Part shown: piece by piece, positions 12,001 to 23,700 of the stretch
How positions within the stretch are numbered: position 1 is the stretch's first letter
Layout: each line of letters begins with the position of its first letter
DNA from: Orbicella franksi
Taxonomy: Eukaryota
Direction of reading: 5' to 3'
Length of the DNA stretch: 64,000 nt
Assembly (NCBI GenBank): GCA_964199315.1
Contig: OZ116711.1
Coordinates: 868,001 to 932,000, forward strand
The notes under the pieces: model-generated
The model's database searches: none
The model's input: only the letters and a program-made list of their open reading frames with translations
Told to the model about the DNA's origin: nothing
Made by a program: the position numbers and the translations under genes

Positions 12001-15000
12001 ACCTTAACCAAGGTGAATGGCACTTTCCAGTCCCCGAACTACCCAGGAAAATACCCGGATGGTCAGTACTGCTCCTGGAGGATCACAGTTAATGTGACGC
12101 AACGAGTTCACTTAATATTTTCAAGCTTTAATTTACAAAACGAAAGTAACACGGACGTGTTATACGTGTATGATGGAGAGATTGCGACAAGGGAAACGTT
12201 AGGAGTGTTTTACGGAAGTAATCCTCCCCCTAAAGAAGGAATCTACTCCTCCTCAAACCGGATGTTTGTTATATTCAAATCAGACAAGACTGACTCTTAC
12301 ACCGGCTTCAGCGCTTCTTACTACAGTGTTAAAAAATCAGGTAAAATTATTAACTTATACAGTATCATCGGTATTACATGTTGGGTTAACCCTTGACATT
12401 TAACGTTCATTGAGGATCTCCCCTGACTGTTTGTCTGTCCTGACAATTCATGGATGTGTTATTTTAAATGTACAGGTAAGCCTGTCCTTACGGACGCCAT
12501 AATAAGGACACCTCTACATTATGGCCAGTCAACTTAAGAACTTAGTCTAAACGAAACCAGAATGACCCCAAATCATATAATCCCTACCTCTCTAAAATAG
12601 CCATCTCTATAATAAGGAGATTCAGATCTGCCCCTTTGGTTTCCGTTTATTAAGAGGTTCAACTGCGGTTACAATTTTTTCTCCAAACCAGCACCCAGTG
12701 TCACGACTACAAAAAGCCCGAATGTGACAGTATCGTCTCCCTTTACACGTGCAACATTGCGTACACTAGAAAAGACAACGTCTGCCAGAGAGCTGACATC
12801 AACAATAGACGAACCGTCAAGGAAAGGTGGATCAAAAGATGAAAGAAAGCAGCCACCAAGAAAAGGTGATGGACCAAAATGATATGTTTATAGAAACGTT
12901 TGTTGTGTTTAATAAAAATGCGTTTAGTCCCTCTTTTACAATTTGGCGATGAATATCCTGATGAAAATGATCTTTTTCAGATCATTTCGTTAAAAATCAA
13001 CTAAGAACTTAACTAAATTTAGTCTGAATTGTAACAATTTTTAAATAATCACAAACAATAATTACGAAAAAACACCGCAGAGTAACAAGGTCTCGAAACT
13101 GGCTGTATTTTTTAAGTCGCCTAGCTAGCTGGCTCTAATGTAGTTTCGTACTGTTAACCCTTACGAGAAGTTACACCTTTCTCCGTATCGCTTAACACTG
13201 TTCGAAAAACTTTGGTCGCACGTTATCTTCACGATTTTAGATACTGATTGATAATTTTTTTTTTTTATAATCTTCCTCAAACAGGCTTCAGTGTGGTAAC
13301 TGTGGTCGTTCCTGTAATGGTAGTTACTTTCCTAGTAGCTGGGTTTATAGCTGTATTCTTCTACTGCAGAAGGTAAAAGAGCATGACATGGAGAAATAGA
13401 TCTATTATTTTTTGATACATTTAATTCACGAAAGTTACCCAAAAAAGATCAAATGCAAGTCAATAATTGACCCTTCAGCTGCCAATCCTGTGCAATCATG
13501 ATTCGATTTCAATGAATATGACGCTTGAAGTTCCAAAGGTTCACGAAATCAGAAGTATAATGTATTTTTTTGCACTTCTGGTTTATACGAGTTATCCATA
13601 GTACAGTCCCTACATCCAGCAAGCAAGTTTGCGACTTCGCGTCATTCAGTTTTGCATTGGATTCTCTCCCGTATCTGGTTTGTCAGATAAAAAGAGATAT
13701 TTAATCAGCATTCTAAGTTATGTCTGCTATGTTTGGCCTAAAAAAACAGCTTGAGGGACCCCTTGAAACTGCGCAGGAAGCTTTACGTTGTTTTTAAATG
13801 TATTTTTATCAACGGTTTCTTTTTCTTTATTTTCACGCAGAAAGAGGACGAAAAAAGATGCAAAGCCGAGTAAAATAATTTTTTCAGCGAGGTACTGATA
13901 CGCTTAATTACATTTAAAAACATGACTTCCAGAGGTGGACAATTTCGAACGCTTGATGTAAAAAAATCAGACAAATCATTAAAACTGCATTTCTTTTATC
14001 AATAAAGATTAGCGAAAAAACTGAGCAACGACGTTTCGGTGTCATTCTGGCACCATTTTCAAGTTAAAAAATATTTGTGCGAAAAGTAAACTAATTTATA
14101 CCAATGGCAGAGGTGCGAAATTGAATAAATTAAGATTAAGATAGCTATTCAATTTTCATGTTCATTTCAATGAGGTGTCAAACACTGGTAATGAGTTCAG
14201 TGTCTGTTCAAAGCCTAAACAAATACTTTTGCGCGAATGGAGTTTGACTGCGTGTTAAGGCTCGGTTTCTTCTTGCGAATCCACAACATTTCGTGGATCA
14301 AGCAATCGAACTTTCCATGACATTTCTTTAGGATCTTAAAGTTGTTAGCCAGGTCAGCAACTGTATCAACTCGGTGTTCATTTTGAAGGTGTTTTCCGAT
14401 GGCGGTAAATCGGTGTTCCTCAATGCGCTTGTAAAGATGACGGCTAGTGTAACCGACGTATTCTGCATCACACAGATCACATATATAGTTATAAACAACG
14501 CACTGTTGATTGATCAAAGGTGGTTTTGGCTCTTGTACTTTGAGATCATCGCCAATTTTACGGCCTCTGAACACCGGCTGTAGTTTGTGATCAAGTTTAT
14601 TACTCAAGTCCGAGAGATGTTTCTTTACTATGTCCGCTGATTTCTGGTCTTTAAAAGGCAGGACAATGCGGTAGATATTCTCTGTTGGAGGCGTCGATCT
14701 TGTGTCTGGTGACATCACTGAATTAACGAAACGGGTGATGGTGGAGTTCACAAGAGAATCTGAGTACTTATTCATGAACATTGAATAGCTATCTTAATCT
14801 TAATTTATTCAATTTCGCACCTCTACCATTGGTATAAATTAGTTTACTTTTCGCACAAATATTTTTTAACTTGAAAATGGTGCCAGGATGACACCGAAAC
14901 GTCGTTGCTCAGTTTTTTCGCTAATCTTTATTGTTAACCGTATTTCCAAATTTAATCTTATAAGAATTTCTTTTATCAATGAAACAAAATAAAATAAAAT

Positions 15001-16264
15001 GAACTTAAAATAAACATATTTAGTTTGTACCAAATCAAAAGCAGTTGCTTATTTAGAACGCTTATTCAACTGTATTCATCATCTTCTCTTTTGCGCCATC
15101 GATGTCTTCGACATCTATTTGTTTGCTTTTAATTCCAGGTCAAAAGACGAATCACCCATTTCAGCTGAAAATCTGTATTATGACCGGTAAGAATTACGAG
15201 TGCTAATCAAATCCGCCACCGCCTAAAATATTATTCTGTTAATTTAAAAGATGTTTTGATCGTGTTGTATCGTTAACCTTCCCAACAGGTTCTGGCTTAA
15301 TGTTCATTACTCCTTCCGATGTTGGAGACAGATCATGTCCAGTCAAACATGATTGGAGCCAAATGTTTTGTTAAAAAAAATTGGCGAGTACTGCGTTACA
15401 TACTGGTCCTCTTCATTTAAGTATGTCAGGATCGTCAAAATACTGTATGCAGTGATACTACGCAACGTAAATTAATAGGTTACTCGCTTATGTATTTTAC
15501 AGTGACTTGGTTATCGCTAACGCAAACGACCCGAGTTTTCCAGAAGAAAATCTTTTGTACACTGAGGTTCATGAAGCAGAGAAGGAAAGAGTTGGACCTT
15601 ACATGGAACAAAAGGATGAAAACCCATTGTACGAGGCTGCCACCGCTGATGATGCAGGTTCAAACCCCATTTATGACAGGTTTGTCCTCTTGCCATAAAC
15701 TGTTATTTTCTATCACTTAAGGGTTATTTGAAATGCACCTGTCAAAAGTAACAGCGCGACTTACACAGCGCTACTGCACGGTACCGTGTGTTAAATTACA
15801 CTTCTTTGCTTATTTCACAGTGACTTAGTTATCGCGAACACAAACAAGCCGAGTTTTTCAGAAGGAAACGACCTGTACACTGAAGTTCAAGACACGGAGG
15901 ACCAAAATAAGGAGAAACCTTACCTAGAACAAGAGAATGAAAATCCATTGTACGGTGCTGCTGATGTTGGTGATGCTGTAGTTAACCCCATTTATGACAG
16001 GTATATTTCCTTACATACAAAAAGTTGGAACAAAAATTAATTTCAACGGTTCGTTCAATAACTAAGGGTTCTTTTAGTTCCTAACCGAGAGTACTGTTGC
16101 TAAGAAATCTTCTACTAATCGAGTTAATGTTGTTGAAACCTCGCGTGCCCTAAAATTGGCTGACTGGGATTACTACTGGCTAGACTCGACCAATCACCCT
16201 AGTAAGGAGCGAACAAGCTAGTTCAGTAACATATAGATATCTTTTTCGTTGCAGCTCCACCTAA
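9099..16264 (+). CDS. Paralog B: SP-ApeC-CUB-stalk-TM receptor with tyrosine-motif tail, ~590 aa, 11 exons
   Basis: Exons 9099-9156 (MLWWRALILTTFARSLRTS), 10290-10532, 11267-11659 (ApeC), 11990-12340 (CUB), 12692-12865 (S/T), 13285-13372 (TM), 13841-13891, 15139-15186, 15503-15679, 15821-16000, 16255-16264. Total 1773 nt, open to TAA, all GT-AG. Confidence 0.9.
10175..10212. repeat. (TGAT)n microsatellite; others include (GAT)n at ~16645-16675 and (TACA)n at ~32790-32817
   Basis: Directly visible short tandem units. Confidence 0.9.
14215..14781 (-). pseudogene. Penelope-like element GIY-YIG endonuclease fragment (RT domain missing)
   Basis: VVYNYICDLCDAEYVGYTSRHLYKRIEEH...H...H...FKIL...EMLWI...PSLN, the typical PLE GIY-YIG with CCHH zinc motif. 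No RT motifs upstream. Confidence 0.88.
14867..14907 (+). ncRNA. Minimal type I hammerhead ribozyme motif in the pLTR (second copy at 14026-14066 on the - strand)
   Basis: taac-TTGAAAA-T-GGTGcCAggaTGACACC-GAAAC-GTC-gttg. Core UUGAAAA (U3-A8 variant of CUGANGA), hairpin stem II, GAAA, palindromic AC/GU mini-stem III, GUC triplet, short stem I. Confidence 0.62.
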
Positions 16265-16644
16265 AGGAACGATGCCGAAGGCAAATCAAGGAAGAAATAT
16301 ATTCTTTCTCGTACATCTCCTACCGTTAGAGTTATAGTATTCAAAATGTGTCATTTTAATGTAAAACTTAAAAAAGGACATAGGCTGAGAAAATTCAAGT
16401 CACAAGCCTTGAAAAGCAATGTAGGGTAATGGCAGACCCCAAAATAGTTCGATGACATTGAAAGGATTGCTTTGCCTGGCGTTATGACTTTTGTCTTGGT
16501 AGCCTGTTAGATGGTGATTGATTTTTGCAACAGTATAGAAAAATTTTCGCTTCATGGCCAATTGGAATGCGGAGATTTCCACTGCAGATCAATTCGCGCT
16601 ACACGAATATAGCATTTCATATGAAATATCATATGACGATGACA

Positions 16645-16676
<32 letters not shown>

Positions 16677-17704
16677 ACTTTATTGAGTGTCAAGATCTTA
16701 TAGGTTGGGTTAGCAATTCCATACTAATGTGGGGGTACCAGTTAATACTAGTGATTGAAAAAGTATAAAAAGGACATAGCTAGAACTATGATTCAAGGCA
16801 CATGTTGGCAGTTCAGGCTTGACCATGATTCAAATCCACGGCCTCTGCGATACCGATACAGTGTCTGACAACACTGATCTGGTACACAAAACTTCCTTCT
16901 CCCAATAAAACATTTCCCATATCTCTATCCCTCTTTGACTAGAACTCACTTGATTTCTTGGTACTAATTAATGTTCTACACATGACGCCGATTATTGTTA
17001 TCCAAGTTCCGCCTCACTTATAAGCATGTGCTCTTAATCCCTGACCAAAAGGATCGGGCCGTCAGCGTGCGAACATGCAATGCGTCAGATCGAATTCTCC
17101 CGACACTTTACCGCCCTAATAATGCCAAGATACACTATTTCTTGTACGAATGTCTAATTGTTTTTTTGGCCGCTTGTTCCTCAAACCGGTTGTAAGATGT
17201 TCGTAATCGTCTTATGTTTTAGTACTTTTGTTTTAACTCTCAATGACCTGTCCTAAGTGAAAAATTACAGTCAACGATATAACCAAGGATGACATTAAAT
17301 ACTGGTTACTGGAATGTATAGAGTGTAGATTTTTACATTTGGCAAGAGTTCATACTGTTCTTTCAAAACGTTGTCGAAACAAAGTCCTCTAGCGAGCCTT
17401 GGAATGTCCTTGGTAGGTTCTCAAAGGGATAGGCCTCGCGCTCTTAAAAAAAAAAGCCACAAATAAGGAGTCAATCGTTTCTTGTCATTTGCATGCTGTC
17501 AACTACAACGTAGGTTACGCCTTTTCTCAACCTCTCAAAACGTTCTTATGAGTATCTTTTACTTTAAAAAAGTCAAAGTCTTAAAAAAAAATCAAACCCC
17601 CCTTCGAGGCTTCGCCCTTCGCCATTTGCCTCCTTTTGATAAGTCACCTATCAGTTGAGCATAATAGAGTTGCGTGACAACCATGGGATGAGACGGAACA
17701 CGTC

Positions 17705-17732
17705 ACTTTCCGTTTCAGTCAGAAACTGAAAG
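17705..17732. promoter_or_regulatory. Two back-to-back IRF/ISRE-like GAAANNGAAA motifs 65-90 bp upstream of the paralog C ATG
   Basis: TGAAACGGAAAGT on the - strand (17705-17717) and GAAACTGAAAG on the + strand (17722-17732). Short-motif match only. Confidence 0.3.
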
Positions 17733-17796
17733 GTCATAACGCAATCGAAAGTGAGTTAAATTGTTTCTCTTTTGCAACCCTTTTAACGCTGTGGAG

Positions 17797-20700
17797 ATGC
17801 TGTGGTTGCAAGCTATAAGTCTAATAACTATTTTTTATAGCTTAAAATCTTCAGGTAAGTTTTTAGTAAGCTTTAATTCATGTTGACCTTGAAGGGCATA
17901 CAAGGGAGATATCGCGGAGTGTCTCATTTGATTTGACTCATGTGCCTTAGGTTCAAGCCGGAACAGGTTCTGTTCTTTGTTCTAGAATGGTATACTGGAT
18001 ATTTGAATAGCTAAAATACAGCGTTTTTTAGAGGACGAAAAATTCGGTCAATTGGAAAAAATGAAATCCACGAGGCCTAGGAGAAGAATTGATCGTAGGA
18101 ATGATAGTTCCGTGGCTAGATGATGAAAGTCACAAACATTGTTAACGCATAATTGCATGCATATGATGGTATATAGGAAGTGGAAGGAGAGGAATATAAG
18201 AATTTGAGATTTAAAACGAATATTTAAAGTCTGTTCCACATTGTTACATGAGATGACTGCTGTGAAGTGTAATCCTGACTGGCAAGTATTAAGACCTTTA
18301 ATATCCACCAATGGATCTACTTTTACTGATTATGCAGATTATATAAACGGTATGTACAGTAATTGTTCTGCAAGTGATACAACATATCATTCGGGCGCTT
18401 TTCTTCTTAGAAGGAATTCACAGTTCTCTTTTCAACGTTTCGTTTAAGAGTTTCATCCTTGGCTACTGGTTTCCTGTTTTGGCTAAAACGTTGCGTGACG
18501 GTCGAGGTCGCTCTATACGCGAAATGCTAAACTTCTTAAATCAGAATTTCGCTTCTTTTACCTAATCGCATCTTTTTGGTACGCTGCGGCGGCATATAAG
18601 GTGAATTTGGTCGAGCCATGTTCCGTATTTTGGCGAGACATGGTCTAGCCAAAATACCCAATATGCCACCGAAGCGGACCAAAAAAGGAACGATCAAATT
18701 TACCGTTCCTAAATTCCGGCAGGTATATTTTGCAGGGTGCAGGGTGCAGGTTGCAGGTTGAAATGTAATTATAACTGGAAAACCGCTGACACTTGAAAGA
18801 ACGTACAGTTGGTAGAATTACCGTGACTGTTACATGACGCTGTTTACAGTCGCTCAGAAAGGTGGCTTCCATTTAAGTGCCAAACCGGCCGAAGCGATGG
18901 GAGGAGTATATTTCAATGATTTTAAGCCTGCAATTAATTATTGTTTTTGAAGAAACATCTGAAATATCATCTGAAATATCTGCTGAATTTGGTTTCTTCC
19001 CTGTGAGTACCAAAATGAAAGTACACTGAGCTTGCGCTAGTATATTCCGTCGGTTAAAATCTTATATTATTTCATTTCTTTATTTACTTGCTTCATTTGT
19101 GATGGCAGTCTTCTGTTGTTGAGGGAAGACTCGAGCCAAATCTGGAATCGATGGAGACATCTGTGGAGCGGCCATCCAGATGGCTTTGAAGAGATTTCAC
19201 CAGTCTCTGCGTGTCGATCGATAAGTACTTATAGCGGATCGATCGTGTTTTCGATGGACATGAGTACATCGCCCAAACCAAGTGCGATCACAAACATGTT
19301 GGGAAGCGTACGAAGTCTCTGGTTTCTGTACACGGCGTAACAAGTTAGAAGATTGCCAAAGAAGGCCTAAATATTAATAACATCGTGTTTTCACTACGTG
19401 AAAGAGGCGAACTACTTTATGTAAGAACCCCTGACGAGTATATAGGTTATTAATTATTTTTAGTGCCAGCGGTTTTTCAGTTATAATTAAATTTCAACCT
19501 GCAACCTGCACCCTGCACCCTGCAAAATATACCTGCCGCCTAAATTCGGCCAAAATTCGGGAGATATTCTTCTACTTACGGTTACCAGACTCTAACCAGT
19601 TATGCGGTGCGCGCGATGAAGAGATTGGTACGACTCAACAACCAGTGGAAAAACTGGTGAAGGAAATAAGTTTTGAACAGTTTATAACGGCTTCAGTGAT
19701 AAATGTGGTGGCAAAAGTTGTGTAAAACCCTTCTGTACAAAACTGTTATCAGTGAATTACAGTATGGGTCGAAAAAATTATTTTCCAAGTATTGGCCCGA
19801 AGAACTGGCACATTTTGACCCAACTTTTATAAAATTGCGCGCTTAATTCACTCACGGAGAAATAACTTAGCTTGAAAGTGACCATGTTATCGCAGCCATA
19901 TCATCTTAGTGACTTGATATCGCAGAATATCAGGACGGTAGACACGGCTTCTTGGCTAATTGCGATTTGGTACGGTAAATTATTTGAGTCATCTGGTTAT
20001 TATTGGTTTATAGACTACATTCTAGGTCGGAAATCAAATCGTGCCATATAATCGAAATAATTTGATTTAATTTTTGTAGACTCTGTTCGTTGGCCTGCTG
20101 GAACATACGGCTTACCCAAACCTGTATCTGGGTGTCCTATAGCTGATGGCTTTCAATGGGAGGAAGGATGGAGATCCCAGGATTTACATGGTACACATTC
20201 AAATAACGCGAAATCCACTGAATTTCATCTTGATGGAAAAGTTGATTACGAGAAAGTAAACAGATCGTTCTGTATTAGAAGTACAGCTGACATGACAAAG
20301 AGGCCCAACTGGCCACCAGGTTGGTAAAAGACTGTCTTAGGAAAAGAAGTGTTTGATGATAGAGCGGTTTTTCAATTGAGTAATCATTGCAGCCATTTAC
20401 AAAAGATAATAACAATATCTTTAGTAATTATACGTAGATGACGCAAAGCGCGGGAAAACGTGTGCGTACGACACTCAAATGGAAACCGCTCTAGTCTTTT
20501 TAGCGATAAATACAAGATTGTTAAAGCTAGTAGACATTGAGGTAAGCAATAGTAAAAATCAGCAAACAACTACATAAATTTTGTATCTTCTGATTCAAGG
20601 GTAACACCTTTAATTAGTAAGTTATGCTAATACCTGTTGGTAGCCGTAGTACCATAAACAGTGTTGATATTGTATTATACGTAGCTGCAGCTGGTAAGTA

Positions 20701-23700
20701 GTGTCCATATTGTATTGTAAGTAACTGTAGCATTGTTAGTAGTGCAAGTGACCGCAGTACTACAAAAAAATAAATAAATAAAAAAGTAGACCAAAATCAA
20801 AACAAAAAGTAGCCATCTAACCATTGATAAACATTTAATACTCTCTGCAGGTCAGTACTGTATATATAAAAAGGGAGCATGCCCGAAAGATTTGACAGGA
20901 GGAGGTGTCTACTGGGATGACGACGACTCAAAAAATGCAAACAGTAAAGACGGGGTTCTCCCTGGTGGTCGATATTACAAAAACACATGGATCTATTTTT
21001 GCTGTAAAACAGACGGAAACAAAGCCAGTGCTGTACTCCTTCCTTCTCAATCTCCATTTTACCTGCTGGCTTACAAGTCAGCGAAATGTCAGATGGTCAT
21101 GTGGACGATAGCAAATCTGGAGTGGATATATTATGACACAGAACACTCGAACAACAACGACAGAGTCTTCAAAGCCTACCCCCACGAGGCTGGAAAACGA
21201 CACCCCACGATTTACTACTGTTACTACCGCGGTAAGAGAACACATCTAGTTCAACTGGTTACATCGTTTATTCCTTCGATTAGGTAACTGATGTTGAGTA
21301 ATGAGAGAGAATAATGTTTCCATGCAGGTTATTGCTGTTTATTTTTTGTCTAATTTTGCTTAGAGATACGCTAGTTGACAAGATTTGCTCCAGTCTGTCA
21401 CTGAGGGAGTTCCTCAAAATATTCAATTCTGGGTAGGAGGCAATCATACATTAAATCAACTTTAATCATTTCACTTGCCACTTTATTTCAATTTTGTGCA
21501 GGGTGTGAAGTAACCCTTACCGCAGTCAGCGGCACTTTCCAGTCACCAAACAACTCAGATGCACAGTACTGCTCCTGGACGATCACGGTTAACAAAGTCC
21601 AACAAATCCACTTGACGTTTAAGTACTTTAGTGAACAGAACGAAAACGGGTTCGATGAGCTACAAGTGTATGATGGAGAGAACGCAACAGGGGTGATCTT
21701 GGGAGTGTTTAACGGCAGTCATCCTCCCCCTAAAGATGGAATTTACTCCTCGTCAAATCGAATTTTTGTTATTTTTAAATCAGATAAGAATAGCTCTTAC
21801 ACTGGTTTTAAAGCTGCATATTATGGTTCTAATTTCTCGGGTAAGTCTTGTTTAATGACTTTGGTGGTCTTGCATAAGTAGAAACGCTGCATATAGTGCG
21901 GGTGATATTGTTTTTTCAAAGTTTCTTGTCACATTCTAATAAAATCATGAGTATAACTTAATAAACATGTATTGCCCTTTTTTTTTCTCCTACTATAGCG
22001 CCCTACGTTACGACAACACAAAGCCCGGAGATGACAAAATCACCCTCAGGTACTCCTAAAACAATTCCTACGGTGAAAGAAACGACATCTATTAGAGAGC
22101 CAAGACCAACAAAGGAAGGTGGAAAAAAAAATCAACGTGGACAAACTGGGGAAAAAGGTTTCGTACAACAATAGGGAGCTTAAGCCCCGTTGATGGCAAC
22201 TTCGAGGACGACGCCTGTTCAAAAATGAATTTATAGTTTATCAGCGCAATTCGCAACTATCTAGAACTGTTCAATACACCTATGGCTCTACAAACGTGCT
22301 CAGGCTAAATATGCAATGTCAGCGTTCAATTGCAAATGGAAATACGAAAAATTAGCCGTTGTCGTTCGCGTTCCTTGGACTACGCATAACTTTTCACGTT
22401 CTCGTTTTGCAGAGGACGGCAAAGAAATGCACAAAGATTTATAACGCACGTGCGCAGCGCCATTGTTTTGCTCATTAAACCTTTTGTTTGGTTACGTTCT
22501 CGTTGCCGTCGTCGTCGTGGTTTGCTTAAGTTCCGTAATATTGCTTTTACAGCCTTATGAACTATGCAATAACTGAAGATAAAACGCGCGGTCTGATTGG
22601 TCAAATACAATTCATTGCTATACAGTCAAACCACAATCTGTCGATCTAACAATTGCTTTTCAATCCGGGTAAACCTGACGTTTCCATTTATATGAAGCTG
22701 AACTTCTTTTAGACTAATTATTACTCTTGTCAGTTTGTATATATTACTGGTATCACGCTATTTGTCAAGCCAAGTATCACGTCACGTTCCCTTCATAATG
22801 TCGAGCCTGGTGAACAATTCTTTTAAATTTACTGTCTTGCAGGTTTTAATGTCGTAGCTGTTGTCGTCCCCATAGTATCCATTTTCATTTTAACTGTCCT
22901 ACTTGTAACTGGATTTTTCTGCTGGAGAAGGTATAAAGAGGATGTATGATATACAGATGCTTCAGAACAGTCAATTTTTGAAGATAAGCAAATGACTGGC
23001 GTTTTTAACTGGCGTCAATCGTACGTATCATAAGGAAGTCCCAGGAATGTTCATGTATGGTCGTTACGTCCTATTACAGTATAATAGACAAATCAGGATA
23101 CTATCTTATCGGCTACATAACAGACGACCATGGTTTATCATAACGTTTTATCGGGAAAATCCATCTTAGGATATCGATGTACTTTACAAATATAGTGCAG
23201 GTCTCCACGTTAGTTTTTGGAAATTTTTTTTTCAATATTATGTCTGTTTTCTCTGTTTGGCTCAAAAAGTGTAAATCGAGCTTATCAATTAAAGAATTTT
23301 GAGGGACTGCTTGACACCCTTTTAATATCATTTGTTTGACTGGTTTTTTTTTTTTTTTTTTTTCCTCCCAGGAGGAGGACGAAAAAAGAAACAAATAGTG
23401 TACTTTTTTCAGCAAGGTACTTAAAAACATAGTTGATTTTAGAATCCTGTCTTAAGGGATATAATTTGGAACAAAAAGAGTTGATGAACTTGAAATAATA
23501 ATAATTATAATGCATGATACGCGACAGCCTTTGCTGAAAACTATATCTTTTAAGCGAATAAAAAATAAACCGTAGCTAAACACTAGCACTTTTATGTGAA
23601 GTATCAAAATGTGCTGTTAACTTCATCTTAGTTCATTTTTCTTGGAAAACTTTGTACCTTAGGGCCTCGAATTGGCTCGAAAGTGTAGAAAAAATAGCTG

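Larger units (their letters stand above)
14000..14933 (-). mobile_element. 5'-truncated Penelope-like retroelement with inverted pseudo-LTRs, in an intron of paralog B
   Basis: GIY-YIG endonuclease C-terminus on the - strand, flanked by ~153-bp inverted repeats 14000-14152 and 14781-14933 (2 mismatches seen). 15-bp direct repeats atttcttttatcaat at 13989-14003 and 14966-14980. Confidence 0.88.

Noticed and set aside
20620-20760. AGTA/GTAG-rich tract, similar in composition to 45110-45300
   Set aside because: No alignable homology or fixed period. Probably decayed simple repeat.
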